From contig JBBRPY010000004.1 in assembly GCA_038227375.1 (NCBI GenBank), positions 39,565 through 103,564 of the forward strand: a DNA stretch of 64,000 nt, written 5' to 3'. The notes below the pieces were generated by a model. The model worked only from the letters and a program-made list of their open reading frames with translations. It was not told the origin of the DNA and did not search any database. Made by a program: the position numbers and the translations under genes. Of the stretch, positions 18,527 to 27,116 are shown in pieces; the stretch's first letter is position 1; each line of letters opens with the position of its first letter. Source of the DNA: Dehalococcoidia bacterium (lineage in GTDB: Bacteria > Chloroflexota > Dehalococcoidia > DSTF01 > JACRBR01).

Positions 18527-19417
18527 CTATGCCGCGGGCGAAAGCACGGCCTCGCCACCGATCGGCCTGCCGGCCTCGACATCGGCGATAAAGGCGAACA
18601 GCGCCTGCTTCCAGAGCTGGGGCTGGTAATCCGGTGTGGCGTGGGCGGCGCCGCGAATCGTCACCAGCCGCGAGTTGGGGATGAGCGCGTGGTCGCGCAC
18701 GGCGCAGGGATAGAAGGCATCCCATTCACCGCAAGAGACCAGCGTCGGCGCTGCGATCGCCGGCGTCCGTGACGTGAGGTCGGGCCGAGCGCGCAGTGCC
18801 CGGTTCGCGGCGAGGTAGCCGGCCGCGGTCATCTGGTCGCGCTTGTTCCGCCAGTTCGTGTCGTCCTGCACCTCGAGCGAGGTGGCGGCGAGGTGAGCGT
18901 ATTTGTCGCCTTCCCGCCGGTAGCGGTTCTCGCGCTCGATCAGCCCGACCATGCCGTATTTCTCGACGACATGCGCCATCTGCTCGAAGGCCTTCGCGAG
19001 GAACTCCTCCGCGCCGATCGCCGCGGCATCGGCCCCGCCGCGGTTCCCTGCCGTCGTATCGCAGAGCAGGAGCGACGTCACGCGCTGCGGGAAGTCGCAG
19101 GCAAACTGCGCCGAGATCATGCCGCCCATCGATACGCCGCCGATGTGGGCGCGCCGCATCCCGACGGCATCCATCAGGCCCGCGAGGTCGGCGGCGAACT
19201 GCGGGACGGTGACGGTCGCGGGATCCGCGGGCATTCCCGTGCGGCCGTGGGCACGCACATCGTAGAGGAGCAGGTCAAACTGCGCGCGAAACTCATCGAT
19301 GACGCGCGGCCAGCCCGCGGTTGGACCCGCGAAACCGTGTGTCAGCACCAGCGTCGGCTTGTCGCCGCCGGAGCGCTCATACCAGATGTCGATGCCGTTG
19401 ACGTGGGCGCTCGGCAC
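18527..19417 (-). CDS. alpha/beta hydrolase
   Basis: Contains VNGIDIWYERSGGDKPTLVLTHGF, nucleophile elbow GVSMGG and C-terminal RGAAH. Confidence 0.85.
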   Translation of the reverse strand: MPSAHVNGIDIWYERSGGDKPTLVLTHGFAGPTAGWPRVIDEFRAQFDLLLYDVRAHGRTGMPADPATVTVPQFAADLAGLMDAVGMRRAHIGGVSMGGMISAQFACDFPQRVTSLLLCDTTAGNRGGADAAAIGAEEFLAKAFEQMAHVVEKYGMVGLIERENRYRREGDKYAHLAATSLEVQDDTNWRNKRDQMTAAGYLAANRALRARPDLTSRTPAIAAPTLVSCGEWDAFYPCAVRDHALIPNSRLVTIRGAAHATPDYQPQLWKQALFAFIADVEAGRPIGGEAVLSPAA

Positions 19418-19420
19418 GCC

Positions 19421-19756
19421 TCAGCCGCCGTGCGGCGGCCCGGATGCGCGCGGCGCCCGGGTGGCGCCGCCCCGGCGAGCCGCGGGGGCGTCGGGGGTGG
19501 ACGTGCCCCACAGTTCCGCGCGCCGGGGCGCCCGGATGTTCTGAGGAAAGACGCCATTGATAGCGGCGATGAGCAGCGTCAGGCCCGCCAGCGCGAGGAT
19601 CGCAAAGAAGAGCAACAGCCAGGCGGTGAACATGCCGCCGGCGATGCCAAGCGCCCCAGGCGCCGGCGTCGAGAGTAGCAGTAACCCGAGGACGAACCAT
19701 AGCCCCGTAAAGACAAATGAGGTGATCGCCGCACGGTAGCCGATGGCTCGAAGCAT
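19421..19756 (-). CDS. small integral membrane protein (hypothetical)
   Basis: MLRAIGYRAAITSFVFTGLWFVLGLLLLS...GGMFTAWLLLFFAILALAGLTLLIAAI has three hydrophobic segments. The start is taken at internal ATG 19756. Confidence 0.45.
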   Translation of the reverse strand: MLRAIGYRAAITSFVFTGLWFVLGLLLLSTPAPGALGIAGGMFTAWLLLFFAILALAGLTLLIAAINGVFPQNIRAPRRAELWGTSTPDAPAARRGGATRAPRASGPPHGG

Positions 19757-19782
19757 ACGGGGATCGTAGCACACGGTGGGCT

Positions 19783-19818
19783 GGATGTTGGAGGTTAGAT
19801 GTTGGATGTTGGAGGGTG
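19783..19818 (+). repeat. heptanucleotide tandem array GGATGTT GGAGGTT AGATGTT GGATGTT GGAGGGT
   Basis: Period-7 repeat read directly from the sequence. No inverted partner is seen nearby. Confidence 0.8.
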
Positions 19819-19925
19819 CGCAGCCCCCCTCGCCACGCGGGAAGAAGGGATCACCTGTGGCGTTGCGGCGTGGATGCGGACGTCGGCGGCATGTGTGATT
19901 TACAGTAACCGCTGCGGCCCGACCT

Positions 19926-19974
19926 CTCATCCCGGCCTCCGGCCATCCTTCTCCCGTGAAGTAGAAGGAATACG
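19926..19974 (+). repeat. dispersed hairpin element, copy 1 (CTCATCCCGGCCTYCGGCC.CCCTTCTCCC...GGGAGAAGG)
   Basis: CTCATCCCGGCCTCCGGCCATCCTTCTCCCGTGAAGTAGAAGGAATACG aligns with copies at 26395 and 29099. A degenerate inverted relative lies at 20006-20028. Confidence 0.8.
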
Positions 19975-20055
19975 TCGCATCAGCTCCCGCATCGAAGCAG
20001 ACTCGCCGCGGAGAGGGGTGAGGCCGGGCGTCAGCAAGACCTCAAGCGCACTGCG

Positions 20056-20556
20056 CTACCGATAGTTCCCGAACTGCAGGTCGACGTCGTAGTCCTGCCC
20101 GCGCAGCAGCGTCATCACTGCCTGCAGTTCATCGCGTGACGGTGAGGACACGCGCACGGCGTCGCCCTGGATCTGCGACTGGACCTTCTTCCACTTCTGG
20201 TCCTTGATCAGCTTGACGATCGCCCGGCAAGTGTCGGAAGAGATGCCTTGCTTCAGCTCGACCTCCTGCCGCACGGAGCCTGCTGCCGCCGGCTCCAGCT
20301 TTCCGCGATGCAGGTTCTTCGTCGGGACCTTGCGGCTGATCATGCGCTCCTGCAGCACCTGCCACATGGCGTTCAGATAGTACTCATCGGATGCCGACAA
20401 CGTCAGCTTTGCGGCCTTCCGGTCGTACTCGATCTCCGCCTTCTGGCCCTTGAAGTCGTACCGCTGGGCGATCTCCTTCTTTGTCTGGTTGACGGCGTTG
20501 TCGACCTCCTGCAGGTCGACACCGGAGGTGATGTCGAAGGATTCGGTGGTGGCCAT
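20056..20556 (-). CDS. yajQ: YajQ family (UPF0234) nucleotide-binding protein
   Basis: Contains MATTESFDITSGVDLQEVDNAVNQTKKEIAQRYDFKG...; 166 aa. Confidence 0.85.
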   Translation of the reverse strand: MATTESFDITSGVDLQEVDNAVNQTKKEIAQRYDFKGQKAEIEYDRKAAKLTLSASDEYYLNAMWQVLQERMISRKVPTKNLHRGKLEPAAAGSVRQEVELKQGISSDTCRAIVKLIKDQKWKKVQSQIQGDAVRVSSPSRDELQAVMTLLRGQDYDVDLQFGNYR

Positions 20557-20600
20557 GAAGTAGCTCCTGCAAGGCGATAGCGGCGACGGTCCGGTACGGC

Positions 20601-20635
20601 CTATAACCTATCACCTCCACCCTATAACCTCACCC
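20601..20635 (-). repeat. heptanucleotide tandem array CTATAAC CTATCAC CTCCACC CTATAAC CTCACCC
   Basis: Period-7 repeat ending 1 nt before the ATG at 20637. One of its units supplies a TATAAC -10-like hexamer. Confidence 0.75.
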
Positions 20636-20636
20636 C

Positions 20637-21758
20637 ATGGACATCGAAGCCGCGATCGTGGGTGGTGGCGCCGTCGGGTTGGCCGTAGCCGCCGAGCTCT
20701 CGCGCACGCGGCAGGTCGCCGTCATCGAGCGCCACGCCGGCTTCGGGCTGGAGACCAGCTCGCACAACAGCGGCGTCGTGCATGCCGGGATCTACTATCG
20801 CACCGGGTCCCTCAAGCACACACTCTGCCTGGAGGGCAACCGGCTGCTCTACGAGTGGTCGGCCGCGAACGGCGTGCGGACGCATCGCGGCGGCAAGCTG
20901 ATCATCGCCGTCGATGCCGGCGAGCTCGATGCGCTCGACGCGGTCGCGCGGCAGGCCGAAGCGAACGGCGTGCCCGAACTGCGCACGATCCGTGATGAGG
21001 CAGAGCTTCGCGCGCTGGAGCCGGCGGTGCGCTGCGTGGAGGCGCTCTGGTCGGGGTCGACGGGCGTCGTCGACCAATCGATGCTGATGGCGTCATACGC
21101 CGCGGCGGCGCAGGCGAACGGCGCCTGGATCGCCCTCAAGCACGCGCTGATCGCTGTCGAGCCGAAGGAGGGTGGATGCGCACTCACGCTGGCGGGGCCG
21201 GACGGCGACGAGACCACCGTGACCACGGAGCTATTGGTGAACTGCGCGGGCCTCGGTGCACCGGACGTGGCAGCGATGCTTGGATACCCGCTCGACGGAG
21301 ACGCCCGCACTCCCGTGCTCCGCCAGCGCGTGAACAAGGGGCGGTACTACGACATCGTTGCGCCGGAGAAGGCGCGCGCCCTGCGGCACCTCATCTATCC
21401 GGTGCCCGAGCACGCGAAGGGGGGCCTCGGCGTGCATGTCACGCTCGACATCGACGGCGGCGCCCACCTCGGGCCTGACACCGAGTGGCTCGATGAGGGC
21501 GCGCCGCTGGACTATCGCGCCGACGATCTACGGCGCGCCGACTTCCTCGCGGCGGCGCGGCGCTACCTGCCGTTTCTCGAGCTGGAGGACCTGGCGCCGG
21601 GGCAGGTCGGCTACCGGCCGAAGCTCCAGGCGCCGGGCGCCGAGCAAGCCGACTTCCTCATCTGGCGCGACGGCGCATACGTGCACCTCGGCGGCATCGA
21701 GTCGCCCGGCCTCACCGCCAGCCTCGCCATCGCGCGGCACGTCGCGGCGCTGCTGTGA
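20637..21758 (+). CDS. FAD-dependent oxidoreductase (L-2-hydroxyglutarate oxidase LhgO-like)
   Basis: Contains AIVGGGAVGLAVAAEL...ETSSHNSGVVHAGIYYRTGSLKHTLCLEGN; 373 aa. Confidence 0.75.
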   Translation: MDIEAAIVGGGAVGLAVAAELSRTRQVAVIERHAGFGLETSSHNSGVVHAGIYYRTGSLKHTLCLEGNRLLYEWSAANGVRTHRGGKLIIAVDAGELDALDAVARQAEANGVPELRTIRDEAELRALEPAVRCVEALWSGSTGVVDQSMLMASYAAAAQANGAWIALKHALIAVEPKEGGCALTLAGPDGDETTVTTELLVNCAGLGAPDVAAMLGYPLDGDARTPVLRQRVNKGRYYDIVAPEKARALRHLIYPVPEHAKGGLGVHVTLDIDGGAHLGPDTEWLDEGAPLDYRADDLRRADFLAAARRYLPFLELEDLAPGQVGYRPKLQAPGAEQADFLIWRDGAYVHLGGIESPGLTASLAIARHVAALL

Positions 21759-21928
21759 CGCGCGGCGCGCGGCCGGGCTGTTGTGACGGGCGGACACGTG
21801 CGCGTTCGCAGCCGTCAGCTCCCGACGCTGAGCGAGCAAGGCAACGGCGGTGACGCTCCTGTCGCTTCCGCACGCCGCCGCGTCGCACGATACTGCTCTC
21901 GTAGGACGAATCGTCCGTGGAGGTGGAG

Positions 21929-22678
21929 ATGACTTCAGACCAGCGGCCGGTCGCCGTCATTACGGGCGCGAGCAGCGGCATCGGCGCGGCGGCGGCGCGG
22001 CGGCTGAGCGCCGAGGGGTTCGCGCTCGTCATCGGCGCACGGCGGATGGACCGCCTGCGTGAGGTCGCCGAGCCGTTCGGCGCCACCGCGATCGAGCTCG
22101 ACGTGCGCGACCACGCCAGCGTCGAAGCATTCGCCGCGCAGGTGCCGCGATGCGACCTGCTCGTCAACAACGCGGGCGGCGCGCTGGGACTGGAGCCGCT
22201 GGCGCAGGCCGACGAAGCGCACTGGCGCGGGATGTGGGAGACGAATGTGCTGGGCTTGATGCTGGTGACGCGCGCGCTGCTGCCGAAGCTCGAGGCCTCG
22301 GGCAGCGGGCACATCATCAACATCGGCTCGATCGCCGGCTTCGAGACCTATCCGGGCGGCGCCGGCTACACCGGCGTCAAGCACGCCGTGCGGGCGATCT
22401 CCCGCACGCTGCGCATCGAACTGCTCGGCAAGCCGGTGCGCGTGACCGAGATCGACCCCGGCCTCGTCGAGACGGAATTCAGCGTCGTGCGATTCGACGG
22501 CGACGCCGAGCGCGCCGGCAAGGTGTACGAGGGCCTGACGCCACTGACGGCAGATGACATCGCGGACTGCATCGCCTGGGCAGTGACGCGGCCGCGCCAT
22601 GTGAACATCGACGAGCTGGTGGTGCGTCCCCTCGCCCAGGCGACGGCGACGCAGGTGTCGCGCGGCGCCGGGCTGTAG
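21929..22678 (+). CDS. SDR family oxidoreductase
   Basis: Contains TGASSGIGAAAARRL, NNAG and YTGVKHAV. GGAGGTGGAG lies just upstream of ATG 21929. Confidence 0.88.
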   Translation: MTSDQRPVAVITGASSGIGAAAARRLSAEGFALVIGARRMDRLREVAEPFGATAIELDVRDHASVEAFAAQVPRCDLLVNNAGGALGLEPLAQADEAHWRGMWETNVLGLMLVTRALLPKLEASGSGHIINIGSIAGFETYPGGAGYTGVKHAVRAISRTLRIELLGKPVRVTEIDPGLVETEFSVVRFDGDAERAGKVYEGLTPLTADDIADCIAWAVTRPRHVNIDELVVRPLAQATATQVSRGAGL

Positions 22679-22793
22679 CCGCGATCGTACCGCCTGCGCC
22701 TGGACGCGCGTTCCGCAGCTCTCTCTCTCGACCCGTCGTCACCGCTCGTGGAGGTGACCGGAAGGACAGCGTGACGGCGGGTGGGCCGATCCT

Positions 22794-22820
22794 CAGTGTC
22801 TTCTGTGCTTTCTGTGGATG
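22794..22820 (+). repeat. T/G-rich short-period array CAGTGTCTTCTGTGCTTTCTGTGGATG
   Basis: Same type as 24176-24206 and 53116-53182, in the same orientation. Confidence 0.7.
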
Positions 22821-22941
22821 AAGAAACGCGGCCTCACCCCTTCGACCCTCTCCACGCGCGGAGAGGGAAGCTCCGTCACGAATGCTCGCGTCGTCGGGAA
22901 CCGTCGTTCGTCCTGAGTGTTCGCTGCCGGGCGCGCCTTGC

Positions 22942-23388
22942 TTACTCGATGCGGAAGACCGGGTGCAGGGGGGCGATGCGGATGACGTCGGCGTCCGGCG
23001 ACTCGTGGGTGACGCCGTCGAAAAACCTGCCTGTCTCCATCTTCCAGAGCTTCAGGTAGGCGCGGAGCACCGGCGGCTTCTCGGCGTCCGGCAGCTCGGC
23101 GACCCGGAACTCCTCACGCTTCGACCCGAGCCGCAGCTCGCCGCCTCCGGAGACCCGGACGTTGCGCGCCCACTGCGTCTCGCCGCGTGGCGCCACGAGA
23201 TAGCGCCGGCCCTCAAGATGCAGCAGGTTGACGGGCGTCGTGCGCCATTCGCCGCTCGTCCGCCCACGCACCGCCAGCACACGCGACCCACGCAGGCTCA
23301 GGCCCATCCTGGTGAAGAATGCGACGGCCGGGTTCAGGAGATGCTTCGTCATGAAGTCGGGTTTGTCGTAGTGGACTGCGTCGGGCAT
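22942..23388 (-). CDS. deazaflavin (F420)-dependent nitroreductase family (DDN-like) protein
   Basis: Contains FMTKHLLNPAVAFFTRMG...RGRTSGEWRTTPVNLLHLEGRRYLVAPRGETQWARNVR. GGAGG lies upstream of ATG 23388. Confidence 0.7.
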   Translation of the reverse strand: MPDAVHYDKPDFMTKHLLNPAVAFFTRMGLSLRGSRVLAVRGRTSGEWRTTPVNLLHLEGRRYLVAPRGETQWARNVRVSGGGELRLGSKREEFRVAELPDAEKPPVLRAYLKLWKMETGRFFDGVTHESPDADVIRIAPLHPVFRIE

Positions 23389-23568
23389 CGCGGGGCCTCC
23401 TCTGAGCAAATGATCTGACCCGCGCGGGACAGCACGCCCATCGCGGCGTCCGCCGTCCGCGTCCCGCCGTCGTGCATGATACTGACCCGCGCGCCAGCGC
23501 GATCGGCTGGGTACGATGCGCAGACGCTGTCGCATCATTGCGGACGGCGTTCAGGCCGGAGGTGGCAG

Positions 23569-24126
23569 ATGGCACGCGTGCGGCTGAACGAGACGGCAGA
23601 CCTTCCCGAAGATCAGCGCTGGCTGTTCGAGCGCATGGAGCAGCGAGCGCCGATCCTCAACATCTTTCGGGCGCTGTCGCACAGCCCGGTCGCGCTGCGG
23701 CGGTTCATGAAACTGGGCTCGTATTTCCTCGAAGAGGGCAAGCTCGACCCCAAGTTGCGCGAGCTGGCGATCCTGCGGGTGGGATTCTTGTGCCGGGCGC
23801 CGTATGAATTTTCGCAGCACATCTCCTTTGGGCGGCGCGTCGGGCTGTCGGACGACCAGACCCGCGCCATCGGCACCATGGACGCCGCGCGGTTCGCGCC
23901 GCGCGAGCTCGCTGTGCTCGCCTACGCCGGAGAGCTCACGATCGATGCGCGCGCGTCGGACGCGACGTACGCCGCCGTCGCCTCCTTCCTCGACGAAGAA
24001 GGAATCGTGGAGTTAACGCTGCTCATCGCCTACTACAACATGGTCTCGCGGGCGCTCAACGCGCTCGAGGTGGACATCGACGCTCCCGCACAGCGAGCCC
24101 TCGCCGACATCGGCGTCACGCTATAG
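23569..24126 (+). CDS. carboxymuconolactone decarboxylase (AhpD-like) family protein
   Basis: Contains NIFRALSHSPVALRRFMKLGSYFLEEGKLDPKLRELAILRVGFLCRAPYEFSQH. GGAGG lies upstream of ATG 23569. Confidence 0.75.
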   Translation: MARVRLNETADLPEDQRWLFERMEQRAPILNIFRALSHSPVALRRFMKLGSYFLEEGKLDPKLRELAILRVGFLCRAPYEFSQHISFGRRVGLSDDQTRAIGTMDAARFAPRELAVLAYAGELTIDARASDATYAAVASFLDEEGIVELTLLIAYYNMVSRALNALEVDIDAPAQRALADIGVTL

Positions 24127-24175
24127 CCGCCCGGCCATGCGGTGAGCCGACCGTCAAGCGACCCGTGCGCTGCCG

Positions 24176-24206
24176 CCTTCTGTGTCTTCTGTGCATTCTG
24201 TGGACG
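24176..24206 (+). repeat. T/G-rich short-period array CCTTCTGTGTCTTCTGTGCATTCTGTGGACG
   Basis: Direct-orientation relative of 22794-22820. A short complementary CACAGCACAGAG follows at about 24222-24233. Confidence 0.7.
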
Positions 24207-24264
24207 AGAACCGTCGCCCCTCACAGCACAGAGCGAGCATGTTAGAATCTGAGGCCCGCGGCAT

Positions 24265-24356
24265 GGAGGGGTCGCATAGTGGCCTAGTGCGGGCGCCTGC
24301 TAAGCGCTTATCTCGGGAAACCGGGATCGAGGGTTCGAATCCCTCCCCCTCCGCCA
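24265..24356 (+). tRNA. tRNA-Ser (anticodon GCU), CCA encoded
   Basis: Manual cloverleaf. Acceptor GGAGGGG/CCCCTCC, D stem GCAT/GTGC, anticodon stem GGCGC/GCGCT with loop CTGCTAA. Long variable arm ATCTCGG-GAAA-CCGGGAT, T arm GAGGG-TTCGAAT-CCCTC, discriminator G, then CCA. Confidence 0.93.
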
Positions 24357-24383
24357 CGCCAGCGCCGGGCTACAGGCATCCGC

Positions 24384-24674
24384 ATGGGCATCATCTCCCG
24401 CATCGTCGACCGGATCATCGGACGCGACCCCGATGCGCCTACGCGCCTACCCTCTCCGGACGCGCTTGCGTTGCTGATGCGGCCGAACGGGGAGCCGGAA
24501 GCCGAGATGCTCCGCGGCATGCTCGAAGAGCAGGGGATCCGCTCGATGGTAAAGAATCGCGACGCTGCCAGCGCACGCGGCGGCATGGGCGGCGCCTGGG
24601 CGTACGAGCTGTGGGTCTTGCGGAGGGACCTGCTCCGCGCACGCGAGGTCGTCGGAGTCGATGACGCGCCGTAG
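24384..24674 (+). CDS. DUF2007-like small protein (putative signal-transducing protein fold)
   Basis: 96 aa, containing ..EPEAEMLRGMLEEQGIRSMVKNRD..AYELWVLRRDLLRAREVV. Confidence 0.5.
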   Translation: MGIISRIVDRIIGRDPDAPTRLPSPDALALLMRPNGEPEAEMLRGMLEEQGIRSMVKNRDAASARGGMGGAWAYELWVLRRDLLRAREVVGVDDAP

Positions 24675-24720
24675 CAATCACGTCGAAGACTCGCCGTGGA
24701 GAGAGGAGGCCCTTCCGCCG

Positions 24721-25362
24721 ATGGCAACTGCTGTTGACGAGCTGCACGAACTGAAGTCCGCGATCGAGACGCACTGCATCACGGTCTTGCCTGCGCCGGT
24801 GAAACTCAATTCGGGCGGGTACAGCAATTACTACTGCGACAGCAAGCTTGTCACGCTGCATCCGCGCTACGCGCGCCAGATCGGGAAGTTCATGGCGACG
24901 GCGATCATCGATTCCGACGCCGAAGCGATCGGCGGCCTCGCCACCGGCAGCATCCCGATCTCCAGCGCGACAGCCGCGGCGGCGCTTGATCTGGGTGTGG
25001 TGCTGCCGACGTTCTTCGGCCGGGCGGAGGCGAAGGACCACGGCCCTGCTTCGAAAGCGACGATCTCCGCCGCCGCTTCATCCGACGGCGCGCCGCTCAT
25101 ACAAGCGGGCCGCAAGGTGGCGATCGTCGAGGACGCGGTCACGCAGGGTGGGGCGGCGATGCAGGCGGTGGACCTCGCGCGCTCCGCGGGCTGCGAGGTC
25201 GTCCTCGTCTTCTGCCTGGTCGAGCGGCACGAAGGAGGCGGCGCGCGCTTTCGCGAGCGGGGCATCCCGTTCAAGCGCTTGTTCTACACGCTGGAAGACG
25301 GCTCCCTGCACATCGACGAGGAAGTCTTGCAGCGGACGGCCGCGGCGGCGTCCGCGACCTAG
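24721..25362 (+). CDS. phosphoribosyltransferase (orotate PRTase-like)
   Basis: Contains [20 protein letters not shown]...[12 protein letters not shown]... and the PRPP loop [14 protein letters not shown]. The start is taken at ATG 24721. Confidence 0.65.
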   Translation: MATAVDELHELKSAIETHCITVLPAPVKLNSGGYSNYYCDSKLVTLHPRYARQIGKFMATAIIDSDAEAIGGLATGSIPISSATAAAALDLGVVLPTFFGRAEAKDHGPASKATISAAASSDGAPLIQAGRKVAIVEDAVTQGGAAMQAVDLARSAGCEVVLVFCLVERHEGGGARFRERGIPFKRLFYTLEDGSLHIDEEVLQRTAAAASAT

Positions 25363-25468
25363 CCGGCCAACGCCACTCGCCTTCTGTACAGCCACGCCGC
25401 GCTCGCGAGCCTGGATTCGCTACACTGCACGCAATCCCCGTCGATCCCTTGTCCGGAGGAGGAATAAG

Positions 25469-26389
25469 ATGGTTGCGACAAACGACCGCATCGCCGCGAA
25501 CGGCGCTTCCGCAACGGGCACATGGGCCGTCAAGAAGGGCCTCGCTCAGATGCTGAAGGGCGGGGTCATCATGGACGTGGTCACGCCCGAGCAGGCGATG
25601 ATCGCGCAGGAAGCAGGGGCATGCGCCGTGATGGCGCTCGAGCGCGTCCCCTCCGACATCCGCAAGGACGGCGGCGTCGCGCGGATGTCCGACCCGGAGA
25701 TGATCAGCGGCATCATCGCCGTCGTCAGCATCCCCGTCATGGCGAAGGCCCGCATCGGCCACTTCGTCGAGGCGCAGGTGCTGGAGGCACTGGGTGTCGA
25801 CTACATTGACGAATCTGAGGTCCTGACGCCGGCCGATGAGGCGCATCACGTCAACAAGCACCCGTTCAAGGTGCCGTTCGTCTGCGGCTGCCGGAACCTC
25901 GGCGAGGCCCTGCGCCGGATTGGCGAGGGCGCGGCGATGATCCGCACGAAGGGCGAAGCCGGCACGGGCAACGTCGTCGAGGCCGTGCGCCACATGCGCC
26001 AGCTCTGGGACGACATCCGCCGCATCCAGAGCATGCCCGAGGACGAGCTCGCCGCCGAGGCGAAGAATCTCGGCGCCGCCTACGACCTCGTGAAGGACGT
26101 GCACGACCTCGGCAAGCTGCCGGTCGTCAACTTCGCCGCCGGCGGCATCGCAACACCGGCCGATGCGGCGCTGATGATGCAGCTCGGCGCCGAGGGCGTC
26201 TTCGTCGGTTCGGGCATCTTCAAGTCCGAGAATCCGGAGAAGATGGCGAAGGCCATCGTCAAGGCGACCACGCACTTCCGCGACGCCGCGATCATCGCCG
26301 AAGTGTCCCGTGGCACCGGCACCGCGATGCGCGGCCTGGAGATCGGCGCCATCCCGGAGAACGAGATCCTCTCCAAGCGCGGCTGGTAG
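25469..26389 (+). CDS. pdxS: pyridoxal 5'-phosphate synthase lyase subunit PdxS
   Basis: Contains [53 protein letters not shown]...[24 protein letters not shown] lies upstream of ATG 25469. Confidence 0.95.
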   Translation: MVATNDRIAANGASATGTWAVKKGLAQMLKGGVIMDVVTPEQAMIAQEAGACAVMALERVPSDIRKDGGVARMSDPEMISGIIAVVSIPVMAKARIGHFVEAQVLEALGVDYIDESEVLTPADEAHHVNKHPFKVPFVCGCRNLGEALRRIGEGAAMIRTKGEAGTGNVVEAVRHMRQLWDDIRRIQSMPEDELAAEAKNLGAAYDLVKDVHDLGKLPVVNFAAGGIATPADAALMMQLGAEGVFVGSGIFKSENPEKMAKAIVKATTHFRDAAIIAEVSRGTGTAMRGLEIGAIPENEILSKRGW

Positions 26390-26394
26390 CGGCC

Positions 26395-26443
26395 CTCATC
26401 CCGGCCTTCGGCCACCCTTCTCCCACGAGGGGAGAACGGATCG
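26395..26443 (+). repeat. dispersed hairpin element, copy 2
   Basis: CTCATCCCGGCCTTCGGCCACCCTTCTCCCACGAGGGGAGAACGGATCG, starting 6 nt after the pdxS stop. Confidence 0.85.
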
Positions 26444-26596
26444 CTTCGACCAGCACGATGTCGATCTGGCCGATGGCGCGCGGTTGATTCGCGGCTTTTC
26501 CGCGGGCGCTCCTTTGCACATCGGGGGATCGCCTACGGCTGCGCTCCTGCCCTGGCTCGATACTCCATCGAAGCCAGATGAGCAGGAGCGTTCTCG

Positions 26597-27082
26597 ATGT
26601 CCGTGTGCGGCGTCCACTACCCGAAGCGGTCGATTTTCTCCCGGATGACACCGGCGCTCATCTTCGCCGCGCTGATCTCCATACTCGCACTCGCGTCGGT
26701 GCTCCGATTTTGGGAGCTGGGCGCGCGCACGTTCCAGGGAGACGAGACGGTCAGCTCGCTGATCGCGAATCAACTCGCGCGCGGCGGCGGTTATGAGCAG
26801 CTACCGGTGCTCCACGGCCCGATCCAGTACTTCGGGGCGGCGCTGGCGTTCCACGTGCTCGGCACAAACGACGCCTCGGCGCGGGCGCTGCCGGCGATGT
26901 TCGGCGTGCTCCTCGCGGCGATGCCCTTTTTGTTCACCCGGCAGATTGGGCGCTTGGGGGCCGTCGCCGCGGCGCTGATGCTCGCGACGTCGCCGACGAT
27001 CTTGTTCTACAGCCGCTTCGCCGGTCCGGATATCTATCTCGCGTGCTTCTCGCTCGCGACGGCGATCCTGATCTGGCGCTAA
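26597..27082 (+). CDS. GT-C-type membrane glycosyltransferase-like protein (ArnT/PMT/TIGR03663-like), N-terminal fragment ending at TAA 27080
   Basis: Contains RFWELGARTFQGDETVSSLIANQLARGGGYEQLPVLHGPIQYFG...ATSPTILFYSRFAGPDIY. The reading continues in the +1 frame (see 27117-29090). Confidence 0.6.
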   Translation: MSVCGVHYPKRSIFSRMTPALIFAALISILALASVLRFWELGARTFQGDETVSSLIANQLARGGGYEQLPVLHGPIQYFGAALAFHVLGTNDASARALPAMFGVLLAAMPFLFTRQIGRLGAVAAALMLATSPTILFYSRFAGPDIYLACFSLATAILIWR

Positions 27083-27116
27083 CTCCCGTCTCCCCGCGCG
27101 GGTCTATCTGTACCTG

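Noticed and set aside
24848-25468. N-terminal extension of the pdxS ORF
   Set aside because: It overlaps the PRTase gene in another frame. A strong GGAGGAGG site and the conserved PdxS N-terminus start at 25469.
26390-26596. Missing pdxT after pdxS as an anomaly
   Set aside because: pdxS and pdxT are unlinked in many genomes, so this is not informative without the whole genome.
27071-27083. prfB-style programmed +1 frameshift at CGC-TAA-C
   Set aside because: The P-site codon CGC cannot re-pair in the +1 frame (GCT), and no upstream internal Shine-Dalgarno site is present. A simple indel is more parsimonious.
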